From assembly GCA_032718475.1 (NCBI GenBank), contig JAUCBJ010000448.1, forward strand, positions 1 through 64,000: a stretch of 64,000 nucleotides of DNA, given 5' to 3'. A program made the translations under genes and the position numbers. This DNA is from Nemertoderma westbladi (taxonomy: Eukaryota > Animalia > Xenacoelomorpha). Positions 25,633 to 39,394 of the stretch are shown in pieces. Position 1 is the stretch's first letter. Every line of letters starts with the position of its first letter. A model generated the notes under the pieces. That model searched no databases and was not told the DNA's origin. It saw only the letters and a list, made by a program, of their open reading frames with translations.

Positions 25633-27745
25633 ATTGGCCCCAAAAACGGAGTGTTCGCAGGTGCGCAGCACTATTAAATCTAAAACGGCCACAAAGACGA
25701 AGACAAAGTCGAAGACGGCCACCCTAGTCTTGCGTTAGCTCTTTAGGGATACAAAACGCGAAGGGCAGTTCATTAACTCAGAAGGTAAGCGAGAACCACC
25801 AATAAGATGTTCCTAGACCCCCCCCCAGAATCGACTGAAAAGTTGCTGAGAAATTTTTGGGACCGATCCGGACGACGGGTAACCCGCTGGGTCCATTTTG
25901 ACCCGTTTTTACCCATTTTTCGGAGTAGATATCTTTAAAGCATTTGTTTGAGAAAACGAGCTCTCCCCCCAACAAGGGGCCAACGCAGTTCGAAAGAGCA
26001 AGGTCCAAACCCCCCAAAAAGTCTTTTTGGGTATACGCCGACAAATATTTTGTCCGCGATCAGTAAAAGATCATGAAGATCGTGTTTGATCGCGAATCGG
26101 ACAGAGAAGGAGTTTCCACATCTGAAAATGGTCTAGCCCATCGTCTTTCTCGTCCCCGAATTGTGGGGGGTAGCCGGAAGCCCAATTTCTCAAAATTAAT
26201 TCTTGACCAAGATCACGATCGTCGAAAAGATCGTAAATGATCTTTAACTTTAAAGCTATTTGGGACTTAATTTTCTTAATAGAAATTGTTGACTGGACTG
26301 TTGCGAGTTGATTAAAAGAAATTTCAACTCGATAGGCCTACCCGTACCGGAGATACAAAGATCCAAAGTCTGACGTATGATCTTTAAAGATCACCCTATG
26401 ATGACTCGGTCGGTAATTTTTTTTAAATTAAATGAATGTTTAGAAAGGTCGCGCGCATCCAACCACGCATCGCGTTCCACGTTGCGGATGACAGCTGCTC
26501 CGGAAATCAGACTTTACCAAAAAAAAACCGGATCTTCAAAGATCATTGCCTAATAAGTCGAGAACCGTAAGGGCTATGAAAAAACTTTCAACGGCAATAA
26601 TATTCGCCTCTTCAATGCGCTTCCAACCATGTATTTGGATTTTTCGTAGCGTCGATATTTTTCGAGATATAGCCTTCGAAACGTGGGTATGCCAAAACGG
26701 GTCTTTGTACCGGTACCTAGGCCTAGCTGTACACGATTGGAGTGATTTAAACATTGGAATCTTAATGATTCGCGACGGGCTACACGCCAGTTTTTAAATT
26801 TCTGAAAAAGACCCAGCGGTTGCAGAGATATGAAAATTTTTCAAATGTACCTCGCGTCGATCGAAAAGTGCCATCGTCGAAAACGAAAAATTTTAAATCT
26901 CAATTTTCACCATGAAGAATTGATTTTGATGAAAAAGTCTCCAGACGAAAAGTGCTCAGAATCATTAATTACCTACAAGGGGATGAAATTCGAGTCACTA
27001 AAATGAATTTTAAAATTTTTTTTGGTTAAAATTTAGTTTGGACCAGGAACGAGGCTTAATCTAATATACAGTCAGTTGGCGGAGGGAGCGGAGCGACCGG
27101 AGCCCCCAAAACTAAAACCCCTGGGTTACTGCCCCCCCTTGGGGGGGATGGGGGGGGGATTATATAAATGGGTTGGTAGGTTCGGTGGTTCTAGAATTTT
27201 ACAATTTACGTTAAAAAAAAAGTAAAAAATTTTTCGCTCGCTTCGCTCGCGCCCCCCCCCCCCCCCCCCCCGCGCGGATTTTACCTACAATATTATTAAC
27301 TACATGTTCATTTAAGCTTACGATAATTTCCTACAGCGTCATATCAATATTTTCCATCCTTACAACTCATAATACTTTTCGCAAAAAATAAATTGTTAAT
27401 AATATTAAAGTCACATATACAACTACTTGGGTGAGTGTTTGTTACATAGTTGCATATATTTACAACATTAAACCTTTGACAAAAAGTATACAATGTGATG
27501 GGCTTACAGAATTTCACAAGAAGAAATCTATTTTCGCCAGCAATGGCGGGGGTGTCATAATATGCCCCCCAACCTGTCCTCCTCCTCAGCCTGCTGTTGG
27601 ACTCCCTGTTTTACTAACACTTTACTATACGACCCTCTGGTAGTATACCCCCTGGTGGGGTCCTACTGCACGTACGCCATACGTCTGTGACTTATAAGTG
27701 CCCCACTCGGCTATAAAGAGTGCCCCTAGTTTTTTCCCTGGATGT
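25633..27745 (+). mobile_element. Unit 10, non-coding family B (2113 bp)
   Basis: Ends at junction 27738-27745. Confidence 0.8.
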
Positions 27746-29857
27746 ATTGGCCCATAAACACAGAGTGTTCGCGTGCGCAGCACTATTAAAACAGAAACGG
27801 CCACAAAGACGAAGACAAAGTCGAAGACGGACGCCCTAGTCTTGCGTTAGCTCTTTAGGGATACCATTTTTTCGACGGAGAGCAAAATGTCAGAAAGTAA
27901 GCAAGAACCACCAATAAGATGTTCCTAGACCCCCCCCCAGAATCGACTGAAAAGTCCAAAGGTTTTTTTTTAGAGCGATCCGGACGACGGGTAACCCGCT
28001 GGGTCCATTTTGACCCGTTTTTTCCCATTTTTCGGAGTAGAAATTTTTAAAGCATTTCTTTGAGAGAACGGGCTCTCCCCCCAACAAGGGGCCAACGCAG
28101 TTCGAAAGAGCAAGGTCCAAACCCCCCAAAAAGTCTTTTTGGGTATACGCCGACAAATATTTTGTCCGCGATCAGTAAAAGATCATGAAGATCGTGTTTG
28201 ATCGCGAATCGGACAGAGAAGGAGTTTCCACATCTGAAAATGGTCTAGCCCATCGTCTTTCTCGTCCCCGAATTGTGTGGGGTAGCCGGAAGCCCAATTT
28301 CTCAAAATTAATTCTTGACCAAGATCACGATCGTCGAAAAGATCGTAAATGATCTTTAACTTTAAAGCTATTTGGGACTTAATTTTCTTAATAGAAATTG
28401 TTGACAGGACTGTTGCGAGTTGATTAAAAGAAATTTCAACTCGATAGGCCTACCCGTACCGGAGATACAAAGATCCAAAGTCTGACGTATGATCTTTAAA
28501 GATCACCCTATGATGACTCGGTCGGTAATTTTTTTTAAATTAAATGAATGTTTAGAAAGGTCGCGCGCACCCAACCATGCATCGCGTTCCACGTTGCGGA
28601 TGACAGCTGCTCCGGAAATCAGACTTTACCAAAAAAAAACCGGATCTTCAAAGATCATTGCCGAATAAGTCGAGAACCGTAAGGGCTATGAAAAAACTTT
28701 CAACGGCAATAATATTCGCCTCTTCAATGCGCTTCCAACCATGTATTTGGATTTTTCGTAGCGTCGATATTTTTCGAGATATAGCCTTCGAAACATGGGT
28801 ATGCCAAAACGGGTCTTTGTACCGGTACCTAGGCCTAGCTGTACACGATTGGAGTCGATTTAAACAGTGGAATCTTAATGATTCGCGACGGGCTACACGC
28901 CAGTTTTTAAATTTCTGAAAAAGACCCAGCGGTTGCAGAGATATGAAAATTTTTCAAATGTACCTCGCGTCGATCGAAAAGTGCCATCGTCGAAAACGAA
29001 AAATTTTAAATCTCAATTTTCACCATGAAGAATTGATTTTGATGAAAAAGTCTCCAGACGAAAAGTGCTCAGAATCATTAATTACCTACAAGGGGATGAA
29101 ATTCGAGTCACTAAAATGAATTTTAAAATTTTTTTTGGTTAAAATTTAGTTTGGACCAGGAACGAGGCTTAATCTAATATACAGTCAGTTGGCGGAGGGA
29201 GCGGAGCGACCGGAGCCCCCAAAACTAAAACCCCTGGGTTACTGCCCCCCCTTGGGGGGGATGGGGGGGGATTATATAAATGGGTTGGTAGGTTCGGTGG
29301 TTCTAGAATTTTACAATTTACGTTAAAAAAAAAGTACAAAAATTTTTCGCTCGCTTCGCTCGCGCCCCCCCCCCCCCCCCCCCCGCGCGGATTTTACCTA
29401 CAATATTATTAACTACATGTAAATCTAAGCTTACGATAATTTCCAACAGCGTCATATCAATATTTTCCATCCTTACAACTCATAATACTTTTCGCAAAAA
29501 ATAAATTGTTAATAATATTCAAGTCACATATACAACTACTTGGGTGAGTGTTTGTTACATAGTTGCATATATTTACAACATTAAACCTTTGACAAAAAGT
29601 ATACAATGTGATGGGCTTACAGAATTTCACAAGAAGAAATCTATTTTCGCCAGCAATGGCGGGGGTGTCATAATATGCCCCCCAACCTGTCCTCCTCCTC
29701 AGCCTGCTGTTGGACTCCCTGTTTTACTAACACTTTACTATACGACCCTCTGGTAGTATACCCCCTGGTGGGGTCCTACTGCTGTACGCCATACGTCTGT
29801 GACTACAAGTGCCCCACTCGGCTATAGAGAGTGCCTCTAGGTTTTTTCACTGGATGT
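27746..29857 (+). mobile_element. Unit 11, non-coding family B (2112 bp)
   Basis: Ends at junction 29850-29857. Confidence 0.8.
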
Positions 29858-32800
29858 AGGGTCTCACCACCGGTCAGGTTGTACTGTTCCGGAGGAACTA
29901 TAACAAGAAGACCAGACCCCGTGATACATGCGTAGCACATGATCTAGTCTAATCCCGAACTGGGATTCTATAGATAGCCTTTTTGAGAGGAGAGAAGGTT
30001 ATCTGGAGAACTAAGCCAAAACGACCAATAAGATGTTCCTATACCCCCCCCCAAAAATTAATTCTAAGAACTTTTCTCATATATATTGCGCTTCAAATAT
30101 TTACGGTTCTCCGGCTAGGGCCAATTTGAGTCAAAAAGTCAGCCTCCCTGGCAACCTCGTTGCTATGGAGATAAGTCCAGAACCGCTAATGCTACGGACT
30201 TGGGACCGGCGCCAATCGATAGGCAGCATATGGGTTTACCTTCAAGAGCTTTTTTTTGGAGCGATCAGATCATGATCTTGGCGGCGATCAGTAAAGATCA
30301 GTTTTGATCTGCAATCGGACACTCAAGGCTTGCTCCAATCGAAAAACTTAACATTACAAAAAGATTCAGCGACCCCACATTAGTCATAATTCCCGTTAAA
30401 AGATTTTCAAAAAAGTGAATTTTTCTTGATCAAAACGCAAGATCATGATCGCGCAAAGATCGGACTTCGTAAAATCGTAACTAAGCATTTTGGATATAAA
30501 CAATTACTGTAGGAAACGTTCAGAACACCGCCCTGAGTCGATTAAAAAAAAAAATGGCTCGATCGGACAACCGGTTCTCGAGATCTGATACCTGATCATT
30601 AAAGATCATATTTTTCGTTTTTTTCAAATTTTCTCGAAAACTTTGTTTGAGACCCCCGATTTTTTTTTTACGAATCGACTTCTATGATGAAGGGGCAACT
30701 TTTGAGCATTTCGAAATTTTCAAAAATCGATTTGATCAGGCCGCGATCAGAAAAGATCGTGTTTTTGGTTTTATTTCGAAGACCAAGTCCTGGGAGTTCA
30801 CCGTATGGAAAAACTTTACATCACAAAAAGATTCCTCACCCTCGAATTATGGGGGGTAGCCAAAATTTGGGCATAAAAAAGTTCAAGTCTAGTGGGTCAA
30901 AACTCAAGATCATGATCGCGAAAAGATCAGTACTTTTAAAATCGAATCTAAGCATTTTTCTAATAAACATTCATTGTAGGAAATGTTTACTGGACCATTC
31001 TGAGTTGATTAAAAAAAAAATTGGCTCGATCGGACCAATGGTTCTCGAGATCTGATACCTGATCATAAAAGATCGTGTTTTTTTAGTTTTTTTGAATTTT
31101 CTCGAAAACTTTGTTTGAGACCCCCGATTTTTTTTTTTACAAATCGACTCCTATGGTGAAGGGGCAACGTTTGTGCATTTCGAAATTTTCAAAAAGCGAT
31201 TTGATCAGGCCGTGATCAGAAAAGATCGTGTTTTCGGTTTTATTTCGAAGACCAAGTCCTGTGAGTTCACCGTATGGAAAAACTTAACATCACAAAAAGA
31301 TTCCTCACCCTCGAATTATGGGGGGTAGCCAAAATTTGGGCATAAAAAAGTTCAAGTCTAGTGGGTCAAAACTCAAGATCATGATCGCGAAAAGATCAGT
31401 ATTATTAAAATTGAATCTAAGCATTTTTCTAATAAACATTCATTGTATGAAATATTCACTGGACCATTCTGAGTTGATTAAAAAAAAAATTGGCTCGATC
31501 GGCCAACCGGTTCTCGAGATCGGCTTCCTGATCGTAAAAGATCGTGTTTTTTTAGTTTTTTCGAATTTTCTCAAAAACTTTGTTTGAGACCCCCGATTTT
31601 TTTTTTACGAATCGACTTCTATGGTGAAGGAGCAACTTTTGTATATTTCGAAATTTTCAAAAAGCGATTTGATCAGGCCGTGATCAGAAAAGATCGTGTT
31701 TTCGGCTTTATTTCAAAGAGCAAGTCCTGTGAGTTCACCGTATGGAAAAACTTAACATCACAAAAAGATTCCTCACCCTCGAATTAGGGGGGGTAGCCAA
31801 AATTTGGGCATAAAAAAGTTCAATTCTAGAGGGTCAAAAGATCATGATCGCGAAAAGATCAGTTTTTTCGAAATTACTTCTAAGCATTTTGGGGCAAAAC
31901 TTTCAAACTAAAAAACATTCACTGGAGTGTTCTAAGTAGATTAAAAAAAATTTCGACTCAATAGGCCTACCGGTACCGGAGATATGGTCGTTTAAAGTCT
32001 GCTTCCGGTAATTCGAAAATATTTCGAAAACCCTTGATCTAATTTTTTCCTTGAAAATATGTGAATGTACAGTTAGTGGACCCGCATCTAACGATATATC
32101 ACAATCCATATTTCGGATGACAGGTACCGGTAAAATCAGACTTTACCAAAAAAAATTCAAATTTTTTCTACTCATGTCTGACTTTCTCTAAAACTATAAC
32201 AGGTATGAAAATACTTTCGCCCCAAGAAATGTTCGCCTATCCAATGCGCTTCTAACGATGTATTCAGATTTGTACAACGGTCAATAGTTTTCGAGATATT
32301 AACAACTTAGGCCCTGATCACCATGATCGCAAAAGATCAGTTTTTTAGAATTTTGATGTAAGCCTTTTCAGACAAAATTTTCAAACTAAGAAACTTTTAA
32401 TGGAGCGTTCTAAGTAAGTTAAAAAAAAATTCAACTCAATAGGCCTACCGGTACCGGAGATATGGTCGTCCAAAGTCTGCTTCCGGTAATTCGATAATAT
32501 TTTGAGAACCGTTGATGGAATTTTTTTTTTGAAAAAATGTGATTGTACAGTTAGGGGACCTGCATCTAACGCTGTATTACAATCCATATTTCGGATGACA
32601 GGTACCGGTAAAATCAGACTTTACCAAAAAAAATTCAAATTTTTGCTACTCATGTCTGACTTTCTCGAAAACTATAATATGTATGAAAATACTTTCACCC
32701 CAAGAAATGTTCACCTATCCAATGTGCTTCTAACGCTGTTCTCGGATTTTGCATAGTATCAAAATCGACTACTTAACCCTCCCGCGGAGGGAACGGAGTG

Positions 32801-34075
32801 ACCGGAGCGCCAAGGGTGGTGGGCGGGGTAGGTGGCAAACACTATTTATAGGGTGGAGGGAGGGGCTAGTATATTACTTTCGGGTATTTGAATTCTTTTC
32901 AATATAGTTTAGGTACCTCAGTCTTATTTATAATATATTATACATTATACCAAATTATATGAAGTTCTAATAAACTAGATTCTCCACCTGTAGGATAAAT
33001 ATACAATGTTGGGCTCATAATATATTTGAAAAATCGATTTTAGTATTTATATTGTATAACAGATTGCTAATTGATATTATTATGGTACTATACTAAAGAC
33101 GCTTTGATTATCTGATCAAAAGGCAAGTACTGGTATATTTTTTAATTCTCTAATCATTCTCTAAACTCTAAATCTCTAAAATCACTCTAAATCTAAGATA
33201 AGAAACATTTGCTTTACTTCTTGTTTGCTTGCGAGGTGATATTAATATATAATACCACAGTATAAAATCAAATGGGGTGAAACCCGTATTAACTGGAAAA
33301 TGTTTCATTATTATTACAATTGGCACATTGATGTAAGTAGTATTAATAAAGGATAAGTTAATAAAGGATAAGTTAATAAAGGATAAGTTAATTATTAATC
33401 CATATCTTCAACTTTGTCTATGACGTTGCATTAATAATAATGTTACTTTATAAATTAGGTCTAAAACCATCTTCTTTACCAAAAAATTATGATAACTTAT
33501 AAGAGGACGGGGTTCGTGATTACTTGTTATTATTATAAATTGCCCCCACTCGGCTTTAGAGAGTGCACCCTTGGTTGCTTACCGGATGTATGGACCACAC
33601 ACTGACAGGGAGGGTAATGTCTGTAGGAGTACTCAAACCAACCCGGCCATTCTAACACAGCCAATCCAACACACTTACCTGAACTGGTTTCAGGATTTTT
33701 GAGGAGAGAGTAGAAGGGTATCTCGAGAACTAAGCATAAACCACCAATAAAATATTCATCGACCCCCCCCCCCCCCCCCCCTCCCCACCCAAATTAAATT
33801 CCAAGTATTTAAGTGAAACTTGCTGACTCGTGAACCTTAACAGTTCTAGCTTTCATGTAAATAATGTTACTTTATAAATTGGGGCCAAACCCACATACCC
33901 ACACAAATATAAGCACCAATTCGCACCATAAATTGTACTCACCTACCTTATAATAAATTTTATTTTATTTTATTTTATTTGATAGAGGGTTATGATATTT
34001 TGTTTGTTTTGGGGTTGGGAATTAAGTGCCCCCACTCGGCTATAGAGAGTACCTCTTGGTGGTTTCACTGGATGT
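29858..34075 (+). mobile_element. Unit 12, non-coding family A (4218 bp)
   Basis: Ends at junction 34068-34075. Same head as unit 1. Confidence 0.8.
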
Positions 34076-36693
34076 ATGGGCCAGTTCCGTTTACGTAAGG
34101 TCCGTAGGACTACGAACATCACTCCGGCCCAAAGCCCGACGACGGCCACCTCGCTGAACTGGTTTCGGAAAATTAATGATAGCCTTTTTGAGGGAGTAGA
34201 AGGTTATCTGGAGAACTAAGCCAAAACGACCAATAAGATGTTCCTATACCCCCCCCCAAAAATTAATTCTAAGAACTTTTCTCATATATATTGCGCTTCA
34301 AATATTAACGGTTCTCCGGCTAGGGCCAATTTGAGTCAAAAAGTCAGCCTCCCTGGCAACCTCGTTGCTATGGAGATAAGTCCAGAACCGCTAATGCTAC
34401 GGACTTGGGACCGGCGCCAATCGATAGGCAGCATATGGGTTTACCTTCAAGAGCTTTTTTTTGGAGCGATCAGATCATGATCTTGACCATGATCAGCAAA
34501 GATCAGTTTTGATCTGCAATCGGACACTCAAGGCTTGCTCCAATCGAAAAAGTTAACATTACAAAAAGATTCAGCGACCCCACATTAGTCATAATTCCCG
34601 TTAAAAGATTTTCAAAAAAGTGAATTTTTCTTGATCAAAACGCAAGATCATGATCGCGCAAAGATCGGACTTTGTAAAATCGTAACTAAGCATTTTGGAT
34701 ATAAACAATTACTGTAGGAAACGTTCAGAACACCGCCCTGAGTCGATTAAAAAAAAAATTGGCTCGATCGGACAACCGGTTCTCGAGATCTGATACCTGA
34801 TCATTAAAGATCATATTTTTCGGTTTTTTCCCATTTTCTCGAAAACTTTGTTTGAGACCCCCGATTTTTTTTTTACGAATCGACTTCTATGGTGAAGGGG
34901 CAACTTTTAAGCATTTCGAAATTTTCAAAAAGCGATTTGATCAGGCCGCGATCAGAAAAGATCGTGTTTTTGGTTTTATTTCGAAGACCAAGTCCTGGGA
35001 GTTCACCGTATGGAAAAACTTAACATCACAAAAAGATTCCTCACCCTCGAATTATGGGGGGTAGCCAAAATTTGGGCATAAAAAAGTTCAAGTTTAGTGG
35101 GTCAAAACTCAAGATCATGATCGCGAAAAGATCAGTATATTTAAAATCGAATCTAAGCATTTTTCTAATAAATATTCATTGTAAGAAATGTTCAATGGTC
35201 TATTCTGAGTTGATTAAAAAAAAAATTGGCTCGATCGGACAACCGGTTCTCGAGATCTGATACCTGATCATAAAAGATCGTGTTTTTTTAGTTTTTTTGA
35301 ATTTTCTCGAAAACTTTGTTTGAGACCCCCGATTTTTTTTTTACAAATCGACTCCTCTGGTGAAGGGGCAACGTTTGTGCATTTCGAAATTTTCAAAAAG
35401 CGATTTGATCAAACCGTGATCAGAAAAGATCGTGTTTTCGGTTTTATTTCGAAGACCAAGTCCTGTGAGTTCACCGTATGGAAAAACTTAACATCACAAA
35501 AAGATTCCTCACCTTCGAAATAGGGGGGTAGCCAAAATTTGGGCATAAAAAAGTTCAAGTCAAGTGGGTCAAAACTCAAGATCATGATCGCGAAAAGATC
35601 AGTATATTTAAAATCGAATCTAAGCATTTTTCTAATAAACATTCATTGTAAGAAATGTTTACTGGTCCATTCTCAGCTGATCAAAAAAAAAATTGGCTCG
35701 ATCGGACAACCGGATCTCGAGATATGCTACCTGATCGTAAAAGATCGTGTTTTTTGGTATTTTCAAATTTTCTCGAAAACTATCTTCGAGACCCCAAATT
35801 TTTTTTTTACTAATCGACTTCTATTAGGAAGGGGCAACTTTTGAGTATTTCGAAATTTCCAAAAAGTGATTTGATCAGGCGGCGATCAGGAAAGATCATG
35901 TTTTCGGTTTTATTTCAAAGAGCAAGTCCTGTGAGTTTACCGTATGGAAAAACTTAACATCACAAAAAGATTCCTTACCCTCAAATTAGGGGGGGTAGCC
36001 AAAATTTGGGCATAAAAAAGTTCAATTCTAGAGGGTCAAAAGATCATGATCGCAAAAGATCAGTTTTTAAGAAATCGGATGTATGCCTTTTCAGACAAAA
36101 ATTTATAAATAAGAAACATTCACTGGACCGTACTGAGTAAGTTAAAACAAAATTCAACTCAATAGGCCTACCGGTACCGGAGATATGGTCGTCCAAAGTC
36201 TGCTTCCGGTAATTCGATAATATTTCGAGAACCGTTGATGGAATGTGATTGTACAGTTACGGGACACGCAACCAACGATATATCACAACCCATATTTCGG
36301 ATGACAGGTACCGGTAAAATCAGACTTTACCAAAAAAAATTCAAATTTTTGCTACTCATGTCTGAAATCTCTAAAATTATAACTGGTATGAAAAATACTT
36401 CACTGCAACAAATGTTCGCCTATCCAATGCGCTTGTAACACTTTATTTCAGATTAGATTAGATTCAGATATGGACCCCCTTCCTCTCATGTAGTTTTCTC
36501 AGTAACTATTACTTAATCAGTTCAGCGGAGGGAACGGAGTGACCGGAGCGCCCTTATCTAAATAGTAATAGAGCACACCTGTAGATAACTTTTTTTGTCA
36601 ACCATTAGTGAGTGTCCAGTATACACCAACACTAGCGTATCGGTGTTTACCACTCTCGTTTAATTAATCTTAACTATGTTGTGTGCGTTCATA

Positions 36694-38040
36694 AAGTGCG
36701 TAACATACCGTGGTTGTAGTAATTCATTAAGTGTGTATAATAATTCATTAAGTGCGTAACATGCCGCGGTTGTAGTAATTCATTAAGTGCGTAAAATGCC
36801 GTGGTTGTAGTTATTCATTAAGTAAGTGCGTAACATGCCGCGGTTGTAATAATTCATTAAGTGTGTATAATAATTAATAAAGTGCGTAACATACCGCGGT
36901 TGTAGTAATTCATCAAGTGTGTATAGTAATTCATTAAGTGCGTAACATGCCGCGGTTGTAGTAATTCATTAAGTGTGTATAATAATTCATTAAGTGCGTA
37001 ACATGCCGCGGTTGTAGTAATTCATTAAGTGCGTAACATGCTGCGGTTGTAGTAATTAATTAAGTGTGTATAATAATTCATTAAGTGCATAACATGCTGC
37101 GGTTGTAGTAATCATTAAGTGTGTATAATAATTTATTAAGTGCTTAACATGCCGCGGTTGTAGTAATTCATTAAGTGCGTAACATGCCGCGGTTGTAGTA
37201 ATTCATTAAGTGCGTAACATGCCGCGGTTGTAGTAATTCATTAAGTGCGTAACATGCCGCGGTTGTAGTAATTCATTAAGTGCGTAACATGCCGCGGTTG
37301 TAGTAATTCATTAAGTGTGTATAATAATTCATTAAGTGCATAACATGCTGCGGTTGTAGTAATTCATTAAGTGCGTAAAATGCCGTGGTTGTAGTAATTC
37401 ATTAAGTGTGTATAATAATTCATTAAGTGCGTAACATGCCGCGGTTGTAGTAATTCATTAAGTGCGTAACATGCTGCGGTTGTAGTAATTAATTAAGTGT
37501 GTATAATAATTCATTAAGTGCATAACATGCTGCGGTTGTAGTAATTCATTAAGTGTGAATAATAATTCATTAAGTGCATAACATGCTGCGGTTGTAGTAA
37601 TTCATTAAGTGTGTATAATAATTCATTAAGTGCGTAACATGCCGCGGTTGTAGTAATTCATTAAGTGCGTAACATGCCGCGGTTGTAGTAATTCATTAAG
37701 TGCGTAACATGCCGCGGTTGTAGTAATTCATTAAGTGTGTATAATAATTTATTAAGTGCGTAACATGCCGTGGTTGTAGTAATTCATTAAGTGCGTAACA
37801 TGCCGCGGTTGTAGTAATTAATTAAGTGCGTAACATGCCGCGGTTGTAGTAATTCATTAAGTGTGTATAATAATGTATTAAGTGCGTAACATGCCGTGGT
37901 TGTAGTAATTCATTAAGTGCGTATAATGCCGTGGTTGTAGTAATTCATTAAGTGTGTATAATAATTTATTAAGTGCTTAACATGCCGTGGTTGTAGTAAT
38001 TCATTAAGTGTGTATAATAATTTATTAAGTGCTTAACATT
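36694..38040. repeat. Minisatellite of interspersed 35-bp and 21-bp monomers
   Basis: AAGTGCGTAACATGCCGCGGTTGTAGTAATTCATT and AAGTGTGTATAATAATTCATT. Confidence 0.97.
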
Positions 38041-38221
38041 AACATTCAAACTGTCCGTCTTGCGGTTCAACACCCCCCCCCCCCCCCCCCCCCCCCACTA
38101 CCCCCGTATTAGTATACTTTACACCCTTAAATTGGTCAATAAAGGCTATAGCTAGAGTAGGTCATATAGAGTTAATGTTGCAAAAATTGTATCAAATAAC
38201 AAATAAGTGTTTAGTATTTAC

Positions 38222-38642
38222 CGGTGCACTCAACATGTTTGTGTATTAATTCGTAACATACATTGCGGTGCACTCAATATGTTTGTGTATTAATTCGTAA
38301 CATACATTGCGGTGCACTCAACATGTTTGTGTATTAGTCCGTAACATACATTGCGGTGCACTAAACATGTTTGTGTATTAATTCGTAACATACATTGCTG
38401 TGCACTCAACATGTTTGTGTATTAATTCGTAACATACATTGTGGTCCACTCAACATGTTTGTGTATTAATTTGTAACATACATTGTGGTGCACTCTACAT
38501 GTTTGTGTAATTCGTAACATACATTGCGGTGCACTGAACATGTTTATGTATTAATTCGTAACATACATTGCGGTGCATTCAACATGTTTGTGTGTTAATT
38601 CGTAACATACAATGCGGTGCACTCAACATGTTTGTGTATTAA
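38222..38642. repeat. 44-bp minisatellite, about 9.5 copies
   Basis: CGGTGCACTCAACATGTTTGTGTATTAATTCGTAACATACATTG at 38222, 38266 and onward. Confidence 0.95.
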
Positions 38643-38647
38643 ATTAT

Positions 38648-38836
38648 TACTTACATAATGTAACAATATACAGTCACCACGATTCTAACTGTGTACTTAT
38701 ATAATGTAACAATATACAGTAACAATATACAGTAACAACATACACTCACCGCGATTCTAACTGTGTACTTATATAATGTAACAATATACACTCACCGCGA
38801 TTCTAACTGTGTACTTATATAATGTAACAATATACA
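38648..38836. repeat. About 46-bp tandem repeat, 3-4 copies
   Basis: ACTTATATAATGTAACAATATACACTCACCGCGATTCTAACTGTGT. Confidence 0.85.
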
Positions 38837-39394
38837 CGCCCCCATCCGTTTGCCCCCCCCCCCCCTCCCCCTCTCAAGTTGAATAGTTGTTTATACTTTG
38901 TAATCCTACACCCCCCCCCCTCCCCCCACTCCCATCCGGTTCCCCCCTCCCCCCATGCCACCATCCGGTCCCCCCCTCCCCTACGCCACCATCTGGTCCC
39001 CCCCCCCCCTCTCAAGTTGAATATTTGTTTATAATGTGTAACGCGAACCTTCCCATACACTTTGTAATCCCCCCCCCCCCCCCGCGCCCCCATTCGGTTG
39101 TTAATTAAGATAAACTGGTTGAACATGGCTATTTGCTCACGATTGTCAATCGTTATCCCGCTAATTGGTTGTACTGTCACATTCGTCCGACTAAAGAAAT
39201 ACATACACCAAACATCATATAATAATTTGTTTTTAATGTATGTACATATACATTCTGTTGGTGTATGTATAATGATGAATGCTGAGCTGAGTACGGAACC
39301 TGCCATATATAATTAGCATTAGTCCTGAAAAGGACTGTTTTGGTTGTAAATTTTGAAGGTCCATAGATAGATAGTTAGTTATGTAGTTAGTTAG

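Noticed and set aside
1-34075. CRISPR-like array (constant repeat plus variable segment)
   Set aside because: Units are 2-4 kb, the variable segments recur, there are no cas genes, and the context is eukaryotic.
1472-36438. Many recurring 60-156 aa ORFs in the A, B and C units
   Set aside because: Mostly non-ATG starts, frames broken by homopolymer indels between copies, and no recognisable motifs. They recur only because the DNA is repeated.
38815-39316. Gly-rich and Pro-rich ORFs
   Set aside because: Driven by poly-C tracts, with no domain signal.
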